Below, piece after piece: positions 37,545 through 50,372 of a DNA stretch of 64,000 bases. This stretch comes from Eledone cirrhosa. Its lineage: Eukaryota. A program made the translations under genes and the position numbers. Numbering within the stretch: the stretch's first letter is position 1; each line of letters begins with the position of its first letter. A model generated the notes under the pieces. That model worked only from the letters and a program-made list of their open reading frames with translations. It was not told the DNA's origin and did no database searches. The stretch covers positions 372,001-436,000 of the forward strand of contig OZ024747.1 of assembly GCA_964016885.1 (NCBI GenBank), given 5' to 3'.

Positions 37545-40500
37545 ATCATCATCATCATCATCACCGGTTTACGTCCGTTCTTCCACGCTAGCATGGATTA
37601 GACGGGTTGTCCTGTTGTGGGCAGTGTCTGGTCGGCTGACCATGCCTTGTTCATACAGGAACTGATTTGGCTTGATTTCTACAGCTGGATGCCCTTCCTA
37701 GCACCAACCTCATTTACAGTGAGTGCTGGGTGCTTTTTCGTGGCGCCTACACGTCCACTTTACAGTGTGGGCTGGGTGCTTTTTTGCCGTGGCACCTCCA
37801 TGACCACCTTGCAGTGGGAGGGTGTGGGGGCATATTGTCTATATGCTTCAGCTTGTACCCATGGGAGGTCGGGTACTCTGTATTACTGCGTGACGCCAGA
37901 GGTCACGGTCGTGTGTCATCGCCTTTGAGAGGTGTAATTGGGTAAGGTCGGCTTTTATCACCTCATCCCAGGTCATCTTGGGTCTCCCCACTCTGCGGTT
38001 TCCATCAACTTCTAGTGCTCTGCAATTTTTTATGCAGCTGTCATCCTTCATACGCATCACATGTCCATACCAACGCATCCGCCTCTCCTGCACACAGCAT
38101 TTGATTCCTCTTATGTTCAGTCTCTCTCTCAATTCATTTATGCTTTGTCGTTCGCGTATATTACTGTTACACATCCATCGGAGCATGCAGGCTTCGTTTC
38201 TCTCTAATCTACGTAAGTCTTCCACCTTCAGCGCCCAGGTCTCACTACCATGTAACATTGCTGTTCGGATACACGCATCATACAGTCTGCCTTTCATTTT
38301 GAGGGAGAAGCCTATTGTATCTAGCAGTGGTAGTAGTTCCCTGAACTTCTTCCATCCTGTTCTTACCCTAGTTATTGTACTTTCTGAACACCCACCTCCG
38401 CTGCTAATTCAGTCACCTAGGTAGCAGAAGCTGTCTACTGTCTCTACAGAGCCCTCCCAGAGATTGGTAGTACTTGTTTCCTGTGGCTGCTTGCTGCTTG
38501 CTGTCCCAGTACAGCTGCTGCATGTGAAGCCTACATTCTTAATTAAGCTTCCTGAGATCCTGCTACATCTCTTGTGTACCCATTGTTTGCATTTGGGGCA
38601 GAGAATGGTGTTCCTACCTACACCTTTCCTACATACTGAGCAAGGCCATTTCCCTGAGGGGATCTGGGTTCTGTTTTCTCGTCTACTTACAAGGACCTTA
38701 GTCTTAGTCATGTTGTCCCTGCTTCCAAGTTTGGAATTTCTTCTCTAGTTCTACCATAGATTCAGCTATAAGTGCGAGGTCATCTGCATACAGGAGTTCC
38801 CATGGGTATCCGGTCTTAAACTCCTCCGTTATTGCCTGCAGGACTATGATGAACAGGAGAGGGCTAAGAACAGAGCCCTGGTGGACCCCAACCTGTACGC
38901 TAAATTCCTCGCTAATCCTAACTTTGCTGACTGCTCCCCTATACATGGCTTGTACAGCTTTCACAAGCCATTCATCTACTGCTAGTTTTCTAAGAGCCCA
39001 CCAGATTACAGCACGTGGAACTCTGTCAAAGGCTTTCTCGAGATCGAAAAATGCCAGGTAGAGTGGCTTACTTTTAGCTAGGTACTTTTCCTGTAACTGC
39101 CTCACAAGGAAGAGGGCATCAGTGGTGCCTCTTCCTGGTACAAACCCAAATTGCATCTCATCTAGTTTCACCCGGTCGCTAATCAACTGTGCTATAACTC
39201 TTTCTGTTACTTTCATGACCTGGTCCATCAGCTTTATACCTCTATAGTTTCCTCTATCGAGTGCATCACCTTTACCTTCGTAGCAGTTGACAATGATGCT
39301 ACTGCACCAATCTTTTGGTATGACACCTAGTATTATCTGGTTAACAATACGTGTGGTTATAGTGTGACCTACAGACCCAGATGCCTTCAGCATATTGGCA
39401 GCTATAGCCGATGGACCGGTTGCCTTCCCCATCTTCATATCTTTAATTGCCTTACTTACTACGCTGCTGCTGACTTGTACAGCTGGCCCCTCTATAGGGT
39501 CTACTTGGGGTAGGGTCTCTTCTTCCCATGCATACTCCTCATTTAGTAATCTATTATAATGACTCTTCCATGCATCTTTCTTCTCAGCACTTGTGAGGGC
39601 AAGCTCACCTTTATCATTCCGGATACACTTCTCTCCAATGACATCACAATTATCTCTGACACACTGCTTCGCAATCTTGAACACCTCCTGTTTCTGGTCC
39701 TCACGTTACAAAACATGCTTGAATTTTCTATCCTCTGCTTCCCTCCTAGCTAAGTATACTTGTCGCCTAGCTTCCCTCTTGGTCTCTATGTAATGTACCC
39801 TGCTCCCAGATCTTTCTTCTCCAGGTTGGCCTCTGTTTCCAGGTTCGTCTAGTTCTGACCGTGAGGTCGCTGACAACTAAGCAATGTTGGGAGGTACATT
39901 CCTCACTAGGGAAGGCTTTTGTGTTTACGACCGTCCATCTGTCACGTCCTCTGATGAGGATAAAATCTATCTGACTAGAATGCTCCCCTGATCTATAGGT
40001 GATCAGGTGGTTGTCGGGTTTTTTGAAGTTTGTGTTACATATCGACATGTCATTGGCGTTGCAGAATTCTAGAAGTCTGAATCCTTCTTCATTTCTTGTG
40101 CCAACAACATGGCCTCCATGGACTCTATTGAAGCCGTCACAGTGTTTACCTACGTGTCCGTTAAAATCTCCTGCGATGATTAGGAAGTCATTGTCGTTTG
40201 TTAGAGCAGTAGTGTACATTAGGGACTCGTAAAACCTATCCTTAAGTTCGTCTGGCAACCCTGATTGGGGTGCGTAAGCTGATATTATTGTGGTAATTGT
40301 TTTATTCGGGACTAGTCTAATGATTCTTGCATTTACCCTGTACACTGAGATTACTTTATCTACCCAGTTGTCAGCTAGTAGTATACCTACACCACTCATC
40401 CCATCGTCATTTCCCACCCAGAAAAATTTGTAGCACTGACTTTTTCCTTTAAGGACTCTAGCAGACTCTCCTCTCCATCTAATCTCTTGCACACAGCATA

Positions 40501-40631
40501 CATCAATTTCCTTTCGCTCTAGCATCTCTACGATTTCTCCTGCTCTTCCTTTCATCGTGCTTACATTGAAGGTACCAACTCGGAGTTTTGGGCATTTGTC
40601 GACACTCGTAGGGAAGGGTCGATTTTTGCAG

Positions 40632-40664
<33 letters not shown>

Positions 40665-40950
40665 TCGTCTCTCTGGATTGGCGCTTCACATGGGTGCTTG
40701 GTAGCTCGCGGATTCATATTCATTTCATCTATTAATTCAGAGTTGCTCCAATTTATTCTCAGCTCATCCATCCATACCGGTAGGAAAAATTCAGGGCTAG
40801 AAGAACAGTGGTGGTGGTAATAATGGCAGGGTGTGTTGGGCTGGGACAGGGGGAGGAGAGAGTTAGGTAGTAGTAGTAGTAGTAGTAGAAGAAATGGCAT
40901 GCTGAGGTTTGATTGGTCGAATAGGCTATGGTGGTGGGAGGGAAATTGTG
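37545..40950 (-). mobile_element. Near-full-length RTE LINE (APE + RT + zinc finger), frameshifted
   Basis: APE 39767-40600 (VGTFNV, CVQEIRW, SAYAPQ, AGDFNGH, SQIDFIL, SQH), RT 38704-39684 (NYRGIKL, QFGFVPG, FDLEKAFD, HQGSVLSP, YADD), C-terminus 37848-38711; same subfamily as 12696-13857. Confidence 0.95.
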
Positions 40951-40954
40951 AGGT

Positions 40955-41608
40955 AGAGAGAGGGTCGCCGTCAAGGCTAACAAACTATAGAATACAGCAT
41001 GGCAAAATAGCCGATAGAATACAGCAACAATAATATTAATAATAGCCAGTCATGGAAAAATAGACAGTCAGCATGGTAGGAAATAGGATAACAAAATAGA
41101 TGTGTTGTGGTGGCTGAAATACCTGGCCAGATTTGTATGGATGGATGACTGGAACGTAGCTAAATCAACTCTAGTGATTCATTTTAGCCTTTCAGGGTAG
41201 AGTGTGTCTTATCTCTTCAATAACTTTAAGATGAGTGAGGAGGAATGGGTGAAGAGGGAACGGGAGGTAATAGGTGGCTTAGAGATAGAGATAGAGAGAG
41301 AGAGAGAGAGGGTAGCCATCATAGAGAGAGAGATAGAGAGAGGATTGCCATCATAGAGAGAGGGTCGCCGTCAAGGCTAACAAACTATAGAATACAGCAT
41401 GGCAAAGTAGCCGATAGAATACAGCAACAATAATAATAATAATAGCCAGTCATGGCCTGTAGCCTTAGATGGAAAAATAGACAGAGTCAGCATGGTAGGG
41501 AAAAATGAGGATAACAAAATAGATGTGTTGTGGTGGCTGAAATACCTGGCCAGATTTGTATGGATGGATGACTGGAACATAGCTAAATCAACTCTAGTGA
41601 TTCATTTT
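40955..41608. repeat. Direct repeat of ~230-250 bp at the RTE 5' end
   Basis: 40955-41186 is nearly identical to 41354-41608. Confidence 0.88.
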
Positions 41609-42502
41609 GTATGTGTGTATGTGTTTGTGTGTGTATATACATGTGTTTGTATGTATGTGTTTGTATATGTTTGTGTGTGTATATATATGTGTTTGTATAT
41701 GTTTGTGTGTATATATATATGTGTTTGTATATGTTTGTGTGTGTATATATATGTGTTTGTATATGTTTGTGTGTGTATTTATGTATTTGTATGTGTGTGA
41801 GTATATGTGGATGTGTATATATATGTATGTGTGTGTAGGTGTGTGTTTGTTTGAGGCAGATAAAATTGTCTTGGTGTTTCTTCAAGAGACAACATTCCAA
41901 TCTACAGATAAGAATCTGACATTTTGGAAATATTTCATGCAAGGAATTATCATGGAATTCAACTGAATGCAACAGTTTGTTGTACTGTTGGGGGGGGTCC
42001 TGGAGTGAGAGGATGGGGTAGTTGCGATGTCATTTTATAGGGATCAGTTTTGGTTAGATGGTAAATGAACAGTGCAACTTTCAGAATAACTGCATGTGTG
42101 TGTACACACGTGTATACATGTGTGTGTGCGCGCACATGTACGCATGTGCATCAGTCAATATTTATATCTTCTCTGTCTCTTTTCTTTCCATATGATATCG
42201 CTGTCAGTGATGTTTGTTTATGTCTTGCATAAACAGATGTCCCATGATGCACTGTTAGATATGCAAAGATCCATACCTCACTTAAAAAGTAAAAAACATA
42301 ATGTTGATGATTAGAAGGATGATATATATATATATATATATCAACATCATCATAGTCATTTAACATCCACTTTCCCTGATATATATATATATCATGATGA
42401 TGATATACATACATACACACACACACATATATATATTATTGGCAGCATGACTCTCAATTGTGAAGATCCTGTGCTGGTGTTCAAAATACTTTTATTTATA
42501 AA

Positions 42503-42587
42503 GCTGTTATACATATTTCAATGGTGATCATGGCTGGCTACGTAATACTTCCATCATATAACCAGTAATGTGGCATCATCAGACAGC
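42503..42587 (-). ncRNA. Hammerhead-like motif with long stem II
   Basis: Minus strand: GCTGT-CTGATGA-T...-GAAA-TATGTATA-ACAGC. Confidence 0.55.
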
Positions 42588-42721
42588 ATCTTATTATTTA
42601 AGGTTATGATTCCAATGCAACACAAGCTATATATATATAAATATATATAAATAAATATATTAGAAAGTGAGGTTTTTTTTACAAAATGAAAAATAACCGA
42701 GGTGTCCTACACGAGTGAAAG

Positions 42722-43030
42722 TATAAAGAAAAAAAGATGAAATCGAAAATGCAACTGGAGTCTTATTTTTAAAAAAAATATATATATTTATTTGGTTCCT
42801 TTACTGGTTTCGCAGTTCTTCTACTTTTCAAAAGTAGAGTTGAGATGGAGGGTCTGTGGTTTTTCTCACAGAGATGTGAGAAAAACCACAGACCCTCCAT
42901 CTCAACTCTACTTTTGAAAAGTAGAAGAACTGCGAAACCAGTAAAGGAACCAAATAAATATATATATTTTGTATTTTTTTTTAAAATAAGACTCCAGTTG
43001 CATTTTCGATTTCATCTTTTTTTCTTTATA
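42722..43030. repeat. Near-perfect palindrome (arms ~150 bp, 4-nt spacer) carrying a degenerate hammerhead in each arm
   Basis: ...TTTTTCTCACA-GAGA-TGTGAGAAAAA...; arm motif CTT-TTGAAAA-GTAG(AAGAA)CTGC-GAAA-CCAG-TA-AAGG. Confidence 0.93.
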
Positions 43031-43084
43031 TAAATATATATATGTGTGTGTGTGTGTATGTATGTGTATATAAATATATATATA

Positions 43085-43305
43085 GCTGACTGACTACACA
43101 TGTGATTTTTTTCTCATTTTTTCCCTTTCTTTCTTATTTTTTATCTTTCTATTTTATTTTTTATTTCTAATTCTATCTTCTGATGAAGGACTGGTGTCCA
43201 AAACATTAAAACTCTCTTCCTGTTATTTCAAGCATTAAACTAATATATTTCTTCAACAAACTGTCATTTGCTTAATTATTTCTGTTTACTTTTTACATAC
43301 CTTTA
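43085..43305 (+). mobile_element. Non-coding hammerhead-bearing short element (motif 43176-43211, GAAA mutated)
   Basis: TCTT-CTGATGA-AGGAC(TGGT)GTCC-AAAACATT plus the family tail TCAAGCATTAAACTAATATATTTCTTC. Confidence 0.65.
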
Positions 43306-43433
43306 TTCATATCACGATCATCATCACCGTTTAAGATCTATTTTTCCATGCTTACATGGATCGTCCACCTTATGAGACAAGTCTGACCAGTTGGCTGTGC
43401 CATACCTTGCTCAAACGGAACTGTATTTTGGCT

Positions 43434-43465
<32 letters not shown>

Positions 43466-43469
<4 letters not shown>

Positions 43470-43773
43470 TCATCATCATTTTTACGTCCACTTTTCCCTG
43501 CTTGCAAGGGTGAGACGGGAACTGATTCTAGCTTGATTTCTACAGCTGGATGCCCTTCCTAACACCAACCTCATTTACAGTGAGTGCTGGGTGCTTTTTT
43601 GACGTGGCACCTCCACGATCACTTTGCAGTAGAATAAACAGGCTGTGTAAACCGGAGCAATGTGAAATAAAGTGTCTTGCTCAAGGAAACAACACATCAC
43701 CTGGTCTGAGAATTGAACTCACAACCTTTCGATTGCAAGGCCAATGCTCTAACCACTAAGCCATGTGCCTCCA
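43466..43773 (-). mobile_element. tRNA/RTE-tail SINE
   Basis: Near-identical to 14320-14655. Confidence 0.9.
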
Positions 43774-43774
43774 T

Positions 43775-43830
<56 letters not shown>

Positions 43831-44685
43831 GTTATGAAACGAAAGGAGCTGTGTGGTTACTAAAAACAAGGTTTAGGATGGTGGCTAGGACGGAACAGGA
43901 GGAGAAAGGAAGGAGTTTCCATCGTCAGCTGTAAATGTATCCCGAACCGATGTTTCGACGCTGAACTACAGGACATCGGTGTAGTTCGGGTGCACCCGAG
44001 GCCTTTTATTAATCAAAAGGCCAGGTGGAAAAGGAGAGAGAAAAAAGGAGAGAGAAAAGGAAGGAGAGGGAAAGGAGGAAGAACAGGGGGGGGGGGGGGG
44101 TGAGGAGAGAGGAAGAAGGGGAAAAATAGGAAAGGAGTAGAAGAAAACAAATGTGTACAGGTCTCATCGTGGGAAGACACAGGTGAAAGAAACATGCAAA
44201 AAAGTAACAATGGAAAAATAGGGAAAGTAAGTTGTGGCCAACCTGGGAGACTTTAGCCTGGTGGTCAGCTATGACTCAGAGCTGGTATAATCGTGCTGCC
44301 TCTCGCATAGACAGGAGAAAGTGAGAGAGAGACACGGGCAACAAAAAGTGAGGAGGAGAAAGGAAAGGGGGATAATCCAGAAGGGTTTTTTTACGACAGT
44401 GGTAAAAACGTACCGCAAAGATTGCGGACAGAGAGGCCACCATATATATGAAAGGAGTCAGGACCCCAACAGGGTATCTTACCACACTTTCTTTGTTATA
44501 TATATATATATATAAGTTTGTGCATACATGAATGTGTGTTTGTAGTTGTACATACATTTGTGACTTTTTTCCTTCTCCTTTCTATTTGTGTATATGTCTG
44601 TGTGAATATGTTTTTCACTTAGCCATAATAAATGGATATTTAACTCCACATCGGTATTGAGTACTCATTCTCACGTCTATCAACA

Positions 44686-44721
<36 letters not shown>

Positions 44722-44724
<3 letters not shown>

Positions 44725-45473
44725 TACTCAGCTGTAGAAATGAGATGATAGGGACTGGGATCCATATCATTCCTCTGCAAAGAGGTCGTGGAGGTGCCAC
44801 GGCAAAAAAGCACTCACTGTATATATATATGTTTACTCAGCTGTAGAAATGAGATGATAGGGATTGGGATCCATATCATTCCACTGCAAAGAGGTCGTGG
44901 AGGTGCCACGGCAAAAAAGCACCCAGCACTCACTGTAAATGAGGTTGGTGTTAGGAAGGGCATCCAGAAAAACCTGGGACGATTTGATAAATTCCAACCT
45001 TACACACTTGCACCTGTCTAAGACAATGTCACTGGACCGAGATCTTTGGCGCTACGCAGTAATACAGAAGACCCACCTTGCCTATGTACAAAGCGAAACC
45101 TATAGTCAGTAGGCACCTCTTAATCAAATATACACCCCCATCCGACTAACCCAACTCCCCCACCCCCATCAACACCACCCCTTTTTCTATGTTGGTACCA
45201 CAACATCCAGTCCGAAATAAATGAGGTTGTGTAGGTGTCACGACAAAAAAAATCACACAGTCCACGCTGTAATGTGGCCATGTAAGTGACACGGGAAAAA
45301 CCTCCCAGTCCACACTGTAAACGTGGTTGGTGTTAGGAAGGGCATCCAGCCGTAGAAGACCTGCCAGACAGTCCCATACGAGTGAGACGACCAATCTTGC
45401 CTCAAGTGGGACAATTCCCGTCTAAACCCATGCTAGCGTGGAAGATAGACGTTAAACATTGATGATGATGATG
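44722..45473 (+). mobile_element. Duplicated SINE fragment fused to an RTE 3' end
   Basis: SINE segment repeated at 44722 and 44831, joined at CCAG (about 44965) to the RTE subfamily-2 3' end with (GAT)n tail. Confidence 0.8.
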
Positions 45474-45689
45474 ATATGTGTGTATTTAGATTTGTGGTTC
45501 ACCACTTGATAGAACTGGTCATTTCGTATAGTCAACCATGATGTAATATTAGGAAAAGCACTCAACATTATGCAAATAATCCATCTTTGCTGTTGAATCT
45601 TGTTGGTGGTGTGAGAACGGAATTAATTATTATTGAGTAAAATGACAGGAGGCCAGACTGATGAAATTCCTTCAAAGATTTATTATTGC

Positions 45690-45751
45690 AAACACTATGT
45701 ACATTTCAGTGACCAAGTTCCATAAGATCCTGGTGACATCATCAGGTGTTT
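45690..45751 (-). ncRNA. Type-I hammerhead ribozyme
   Basis: Minus strand: AAACAC-CTGATGA-T-GTCACCAGG..CTTGGTCAC-T-GAAATGTACAT-A-GTGTTT, palindromic stem III ATGTACAT. Confidence 0.7.
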
Positions 45752-46221
45752 ATTGCATAAAAGTTATATAATAAAGAAATAATGGTAAACAATCCAAGAA
45801 CCTAAAAAAATAGAGAAAAATGTTTATGACTGGAAGGCAGTCAGGGCCAGCTGTCGCCAGTTTGGCTGACCACCTTCATACTATATGTATATATGTGTGG
45901 GCTCCATTAGCCATGGAGAAGGCAACCCATCTAGGAAAGCAGTCACTCAGAATAAAAACTGATGCAGAGTAGAGAGGACTCTTCAGTCCAGTCTTCTTGT
46001 ATGACATATGCACAGTAGCTTGAGAGGCTATATCATGTGCTAGTGGCACAAATAATACACTCAGTCCATGCTTTAAAATAGTTGGTGATAGGAAGGTATC
46101 CAGCCAGTAAAACCTTGCTAAAACTATGCCAAGTACAACACATATATCCTTAGGTACACTTTTGCAGTCATTGTAACTTTGTTAATTCATCTATGTTGTT
46201 TTGTTGTGTTCGACACAGAGA

Positions 46222-46256
46222 ACTAATTTTGTTATTTTTATTTGTTTCAGGTGAGT
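46222..46256 (+). promoter_or_regulatory. Candidate recursive splice site
   Basis: Branch-like ACTAAT, T-rich tract, TTTCAG|GTGAGT with junction at 46250/46251. Confidence 0.5.
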
Positions 46257-46263
46257 TTGTTTT

Positions 46264-46451
46264 GGTTCTCTACATCTGTGTCTGGTCTTGTACACCCCAC
46301 ATAAGGGTAAGGTTCTCTACATCTGTGTCTGGTCTTGTACACCCCACACAAGGGTAAGGTTCTCTACATCTGTGTCTGGTCTTGTACACCTCACACAAGG
46401 GTAAGGTTCTCTACATCTGTGTCTGGTCTGTACACTCCACACAAGGGTAAG
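46264..46451. repeat. 47-bp tandem repeat x4, each unit ending in AAGG|GTAAG
   Basis: GGTTCTCTACATCTGTGTCTGGTCTTGTACACCCCACACAAGGGTAA repeated. Confidence 0.93.
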
Positions 46452-47549
46452 CAGAATGTACATATCTTAACATCCAACAAGTAAGGTGAATCACGTGTAT
46501 TACAGATGACAACAATATTAAGTTGCTCTTTTTATTGTTGTTATTGCTTAGCCCCAGGTTATGATCAAATGTCTTCCACACATGACCATCCTATCTTCTT
46601 CGCATGTCACATGTAATAGTCTCAGTACTTTTTTCAGTCCACTGAATTCTGATTTCAAATCCCATCATGGCCAACTTTGCTGTTCATCCTTCTGAGGTCA
46701 ATAACTAAATCTAAGACTGGGGACAGTTCTCTCTCACTCCAGAAGAAAATGGCTATGTTCCAACTTCAAGAGAGATGGGCTCTGACAGATTTAAAATACC
46801 CAAGACTCATCATGTATGAGGATTGACTCCCCCAGAAATTAAGAGTCCTTTATCTTTTACCCAACCCTTCCACTGATCTGATGCCCTTCACTGCTACTTA
46901 TTTTATCTGATACCCTTGTAATGATGAAAGGCAAAGTTAACCTCAGTAGGATTTGAATTTATTGCTAGCAAGTCAGATAAAGACCTCCTTTGGTCACAAA
47001 TAACCATGGTATTTGCACCTAGAAAGTTCCCTTCCAAGGAACAAGTCTGGACAAAGTGTGTTTGTGGAAGACCCGCAGTCACCCATGCATATGAGTCTCC
47101 CCTCTTCATGTCAACAATGTTGTCCAAAAGAAAGACAAACGCTGGTACAGCTTGGCATCAGTGACATTGCAGCTCATTTCTACAGCAGAGTGAACTGGCG
47201 CAACATGAAATGAAGTGTCTTGGTCAAGAACACAATGCATCACCCAGTCTGGGAATTGAACTCAGAACCTCACAATTGTAAGCCCAACACTCTAGCCACT
47301 AAGCCATGTGCTTTCACAGTTCAAGTGATCATATTAAAGAGACATTGTTGGTCCATGTGTGTCTAGGTTTGTTTGTTAGTGTATTTATGGGAATATATGT
47401 GCGTGTGTGTGTTTCTGTATGTGAGTCAGTGTATGTTTTTGTGTTTGTGTGAGTCTGATTCTGTCCATGTGTGTGTGTATATTTCTCACTTCGTCTCTAT
47501 CACTCTGAAGCCCTCGGAGTCAATTCTTTCTTTCTATCTTTTTCACACT

Positions 47550-47589
<40 letters not shown>

Positions 47590-48029
47590 CTCTCTCTCCT
47601 TCTCTGGAACAAAATTGTTAGTGTTTAGATCTGGAGAGGAATGGGACCTGGAGAAAAATGGGGTATACCAGGTTTGAAATGTCCAAGAAATGCTGTATGT
47701 TAGTATGGAACCTCTATGAATCCATCAGTAGTTACAGATCAACATACAAATAAGGTGTGATTTGAGAAAGGTTTTCCTGCTATTTCTAGTAGTCCCCTTC
47801 CCCATTGGCTTGTCTGCTGTCGTCGTCGTCGTTGTTGTTGTTGCTCTAATGGTAGCCATGGTAACTGTTACATCTCAGTCCAGCCATCAACCAATGTGGA
47901 AGCAGTCTTAGGTTTGTTTACAAGAATCTTGTCACAGACCATTCTTAGATAACAGTAGTTCTGTTGTTTGTCTTAACTCATGCCTTCCCCAATACCACCA
48001 CCATCATCATTTCTTTCGTTTTCATTTTA

Positions 48030-49080
48030 CCGAATGCTCATTTGATTGGAGCCTTTAGTGAAGACACACAGTTGTGAGAAGTTACGTTGGATATTGCTTC
48101 AACTGTGCCCCATAGACAAAAATCATACAGATTCAAATCTGGCTAGTTAGAGGGCCAGATATCTTTAGGGACAAACATGGGCAATTCTTTCTTCAAAAAT
48201 TCTTGCACTCTTTTCGAAGAATGGACAGGTAAACATAACACGACTTGTATCATAATGCTTCTTAATCCAATGCAACAAAACTTCTAAGATTTTAAGGTAC
48301 TCTGCTGTGTTGATTTTAAGAACCGCTTCAATAAAATGAGGAGGCATCAATTTCCCATCACTTGCAACAGCTCCAAAGACCATAATGGAAGCCAGATTCT
48401 TGCTATGCATAGCTGAAAGAATTTGGGTAGGGCCGTATGCTATCACTCATGAGTTTTGACAGTTTGCATCTTCATCTACCACAAACTTCTTTTCATCCAC
48501 AAAGATGTAGATGTCTCCGCCATGATGTTTCAGATGAATATGAAGTTTGGCACTTCTTTCAGCCCGTATAGCTATGGAGCGGGTAGTTAGGATCTTATGG
48601 TGTCTCCTCACATACAATTTCATATGGAGGTCTTGTCTCTCAGCCCTAGAAATGGTCATTTTACTGATTCCTTGATCTTGAGCCAACTTCGTCATTGATT
48701 TTGATGGGTTCGACACAATTGATCTTTTAAGTCCTGCTAAGAAGTGAGGTGTGTGTTTTCAGTCACTGCAGGGACTGTGAGGCTTTCTCTGAACATCCCA
48801 ACTTTTCTTCAAATAGGCTACAATTCTAAAAACAGTAGATTTGGCACACTTTGTGGCTCTAACAATCTCCCCAGCTCTTTTGCGAGTGCGGAATAATTCA
48901 GCAATTACATTTCCACTGTTTAATTCTTTATTAACATACTATTTCTTATTTCAGATTGAACAAATTATGAATAAATGATTATTTAAGCTGGTAATATTGA
49001 AAATTAGACTCCAACAAAATCTGTACTATTAGAAATATAACCGCTTGAAACTTGTCCCAATTTACCTGTTCCACCCTGTA
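48030..49080 (-). mobile_element. Tc1/mariner-superfamily (maT/DD37D-like) transposase relic
   Basis: IFVDEKKFVVD, SIMVFGAVASDGK.MPPHFI..KINTAEYLKIL, WPSN.PDLNLYDF in broken frames; terminal TA-CAGGGTG at 49080. Confidence 0.85.
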
Positions 49081-49158
49081 TGTACGCGTGTAGAAATGTA
49101 CATGTGTATGTTAATATATGAGGGAGATTACATATTTGTTTGTTCATGTTATGCGTGA

Positions 49159-49189
<31 letters not shown>

Positions 49190-49272
49190 ATGTGTGTGTG
49201 TGTGTGTGTGTGTGTGAATGTATATATGTGTGTGTGAATGTATATATATGTGTGTGTGAATGTATATATACA

Positions 49273-49313
<41 letters not shown>

Positions 49314-50372
49314 TCATATATATATTCATATGCTTCTGTGTATAAGATATTGGTTGTCTGCATGTGTATGAGATTGTATGTATATGTGTGTGAAAAAGAT
49401 TACATGTGTGATGTGTGTAAATATGTGTATGCATATGTGTATAGGCAAGATGGGGATTAAGTGTGTGAGTGAGTGTGTATCTGTCCTTGAAGTTAGGTTA
49501 TTCGCTTCACTTGGTTACTAAATACTGAAGAGATTGTTTAGGATTTGTGGTTGTGTGTGTATGTGTGTGTGTCTTGTGTATGTATGAGTGTATATGTGTG
49601 TGTCTTGTGTATGTATGAGTGTGTGTGTATGTGTGTGTGTGTGGGGGGGGGGCAAGAAGGAAGAAATAGAGACTGCATATGTCTGAGTGAAAGGAAGACA
49701 GTAGCAGAGATTGTGTGAGAGAGAAAGGAAGAGAACGTGACTGTATGTGTGAGAGAGGGGGAAGGAGTGTGTAATAGGGGAGAAAGAGAGGGGGGAGTAA
49801 GAGAAGGTAGAGAACAGTCAGTGTGTCTTGTTTTACAAACACAACATAAACCAGGAATAGAACTTATGTGGTCATGTGACCTGCTAGACATAGCTACCAA
49901 ATCCCCCTCTAATCACGACTGTTTGATCACGGTTAACCTCAGATTAAACAACAAGAGCAATCTCAACTCACAATGTCCTGTACCAGATGAAACCACATCA
50001 GCAAGGCATTCTTGAAAAAAAAATACAAAACAGAACAATGTTTCATCACAATAATAATGGTTTCTGATTTAGGCAGAAGGCCAGCAATATGCCGACCCAC
50101 TGCATCACAATAAAAGTCTTTACTCTGATATGACAAATTTTCAAATTGATCTGTCCACTAGTAAATATACTATAAACATTTGAATTAACAAGTCTGATTT
50201 TAGATATTTTCTGCTAAATTATTGCGTTAACAGATACTATACATACACTTTTATTATTATTAAAATATAGCAGAGTTCCTAGAATAGTTTGGTCAGTTCA
50301 ATTGTTGTGAGAAGGTTGATAAAAAAGTACCAGTCTAGTACTGGAGTCAATCTCTTTTTCACTTCCATTATT

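Noticed and set aside
46126-46158. ATG..MPSTTHISL G|GTACAC as the first epimerase exon
   Set aside because: Phase fits, but it adjoins a degraded repeat tail, the donor is weak, and it lacks the expected hydrophobic-strand-GG motif.
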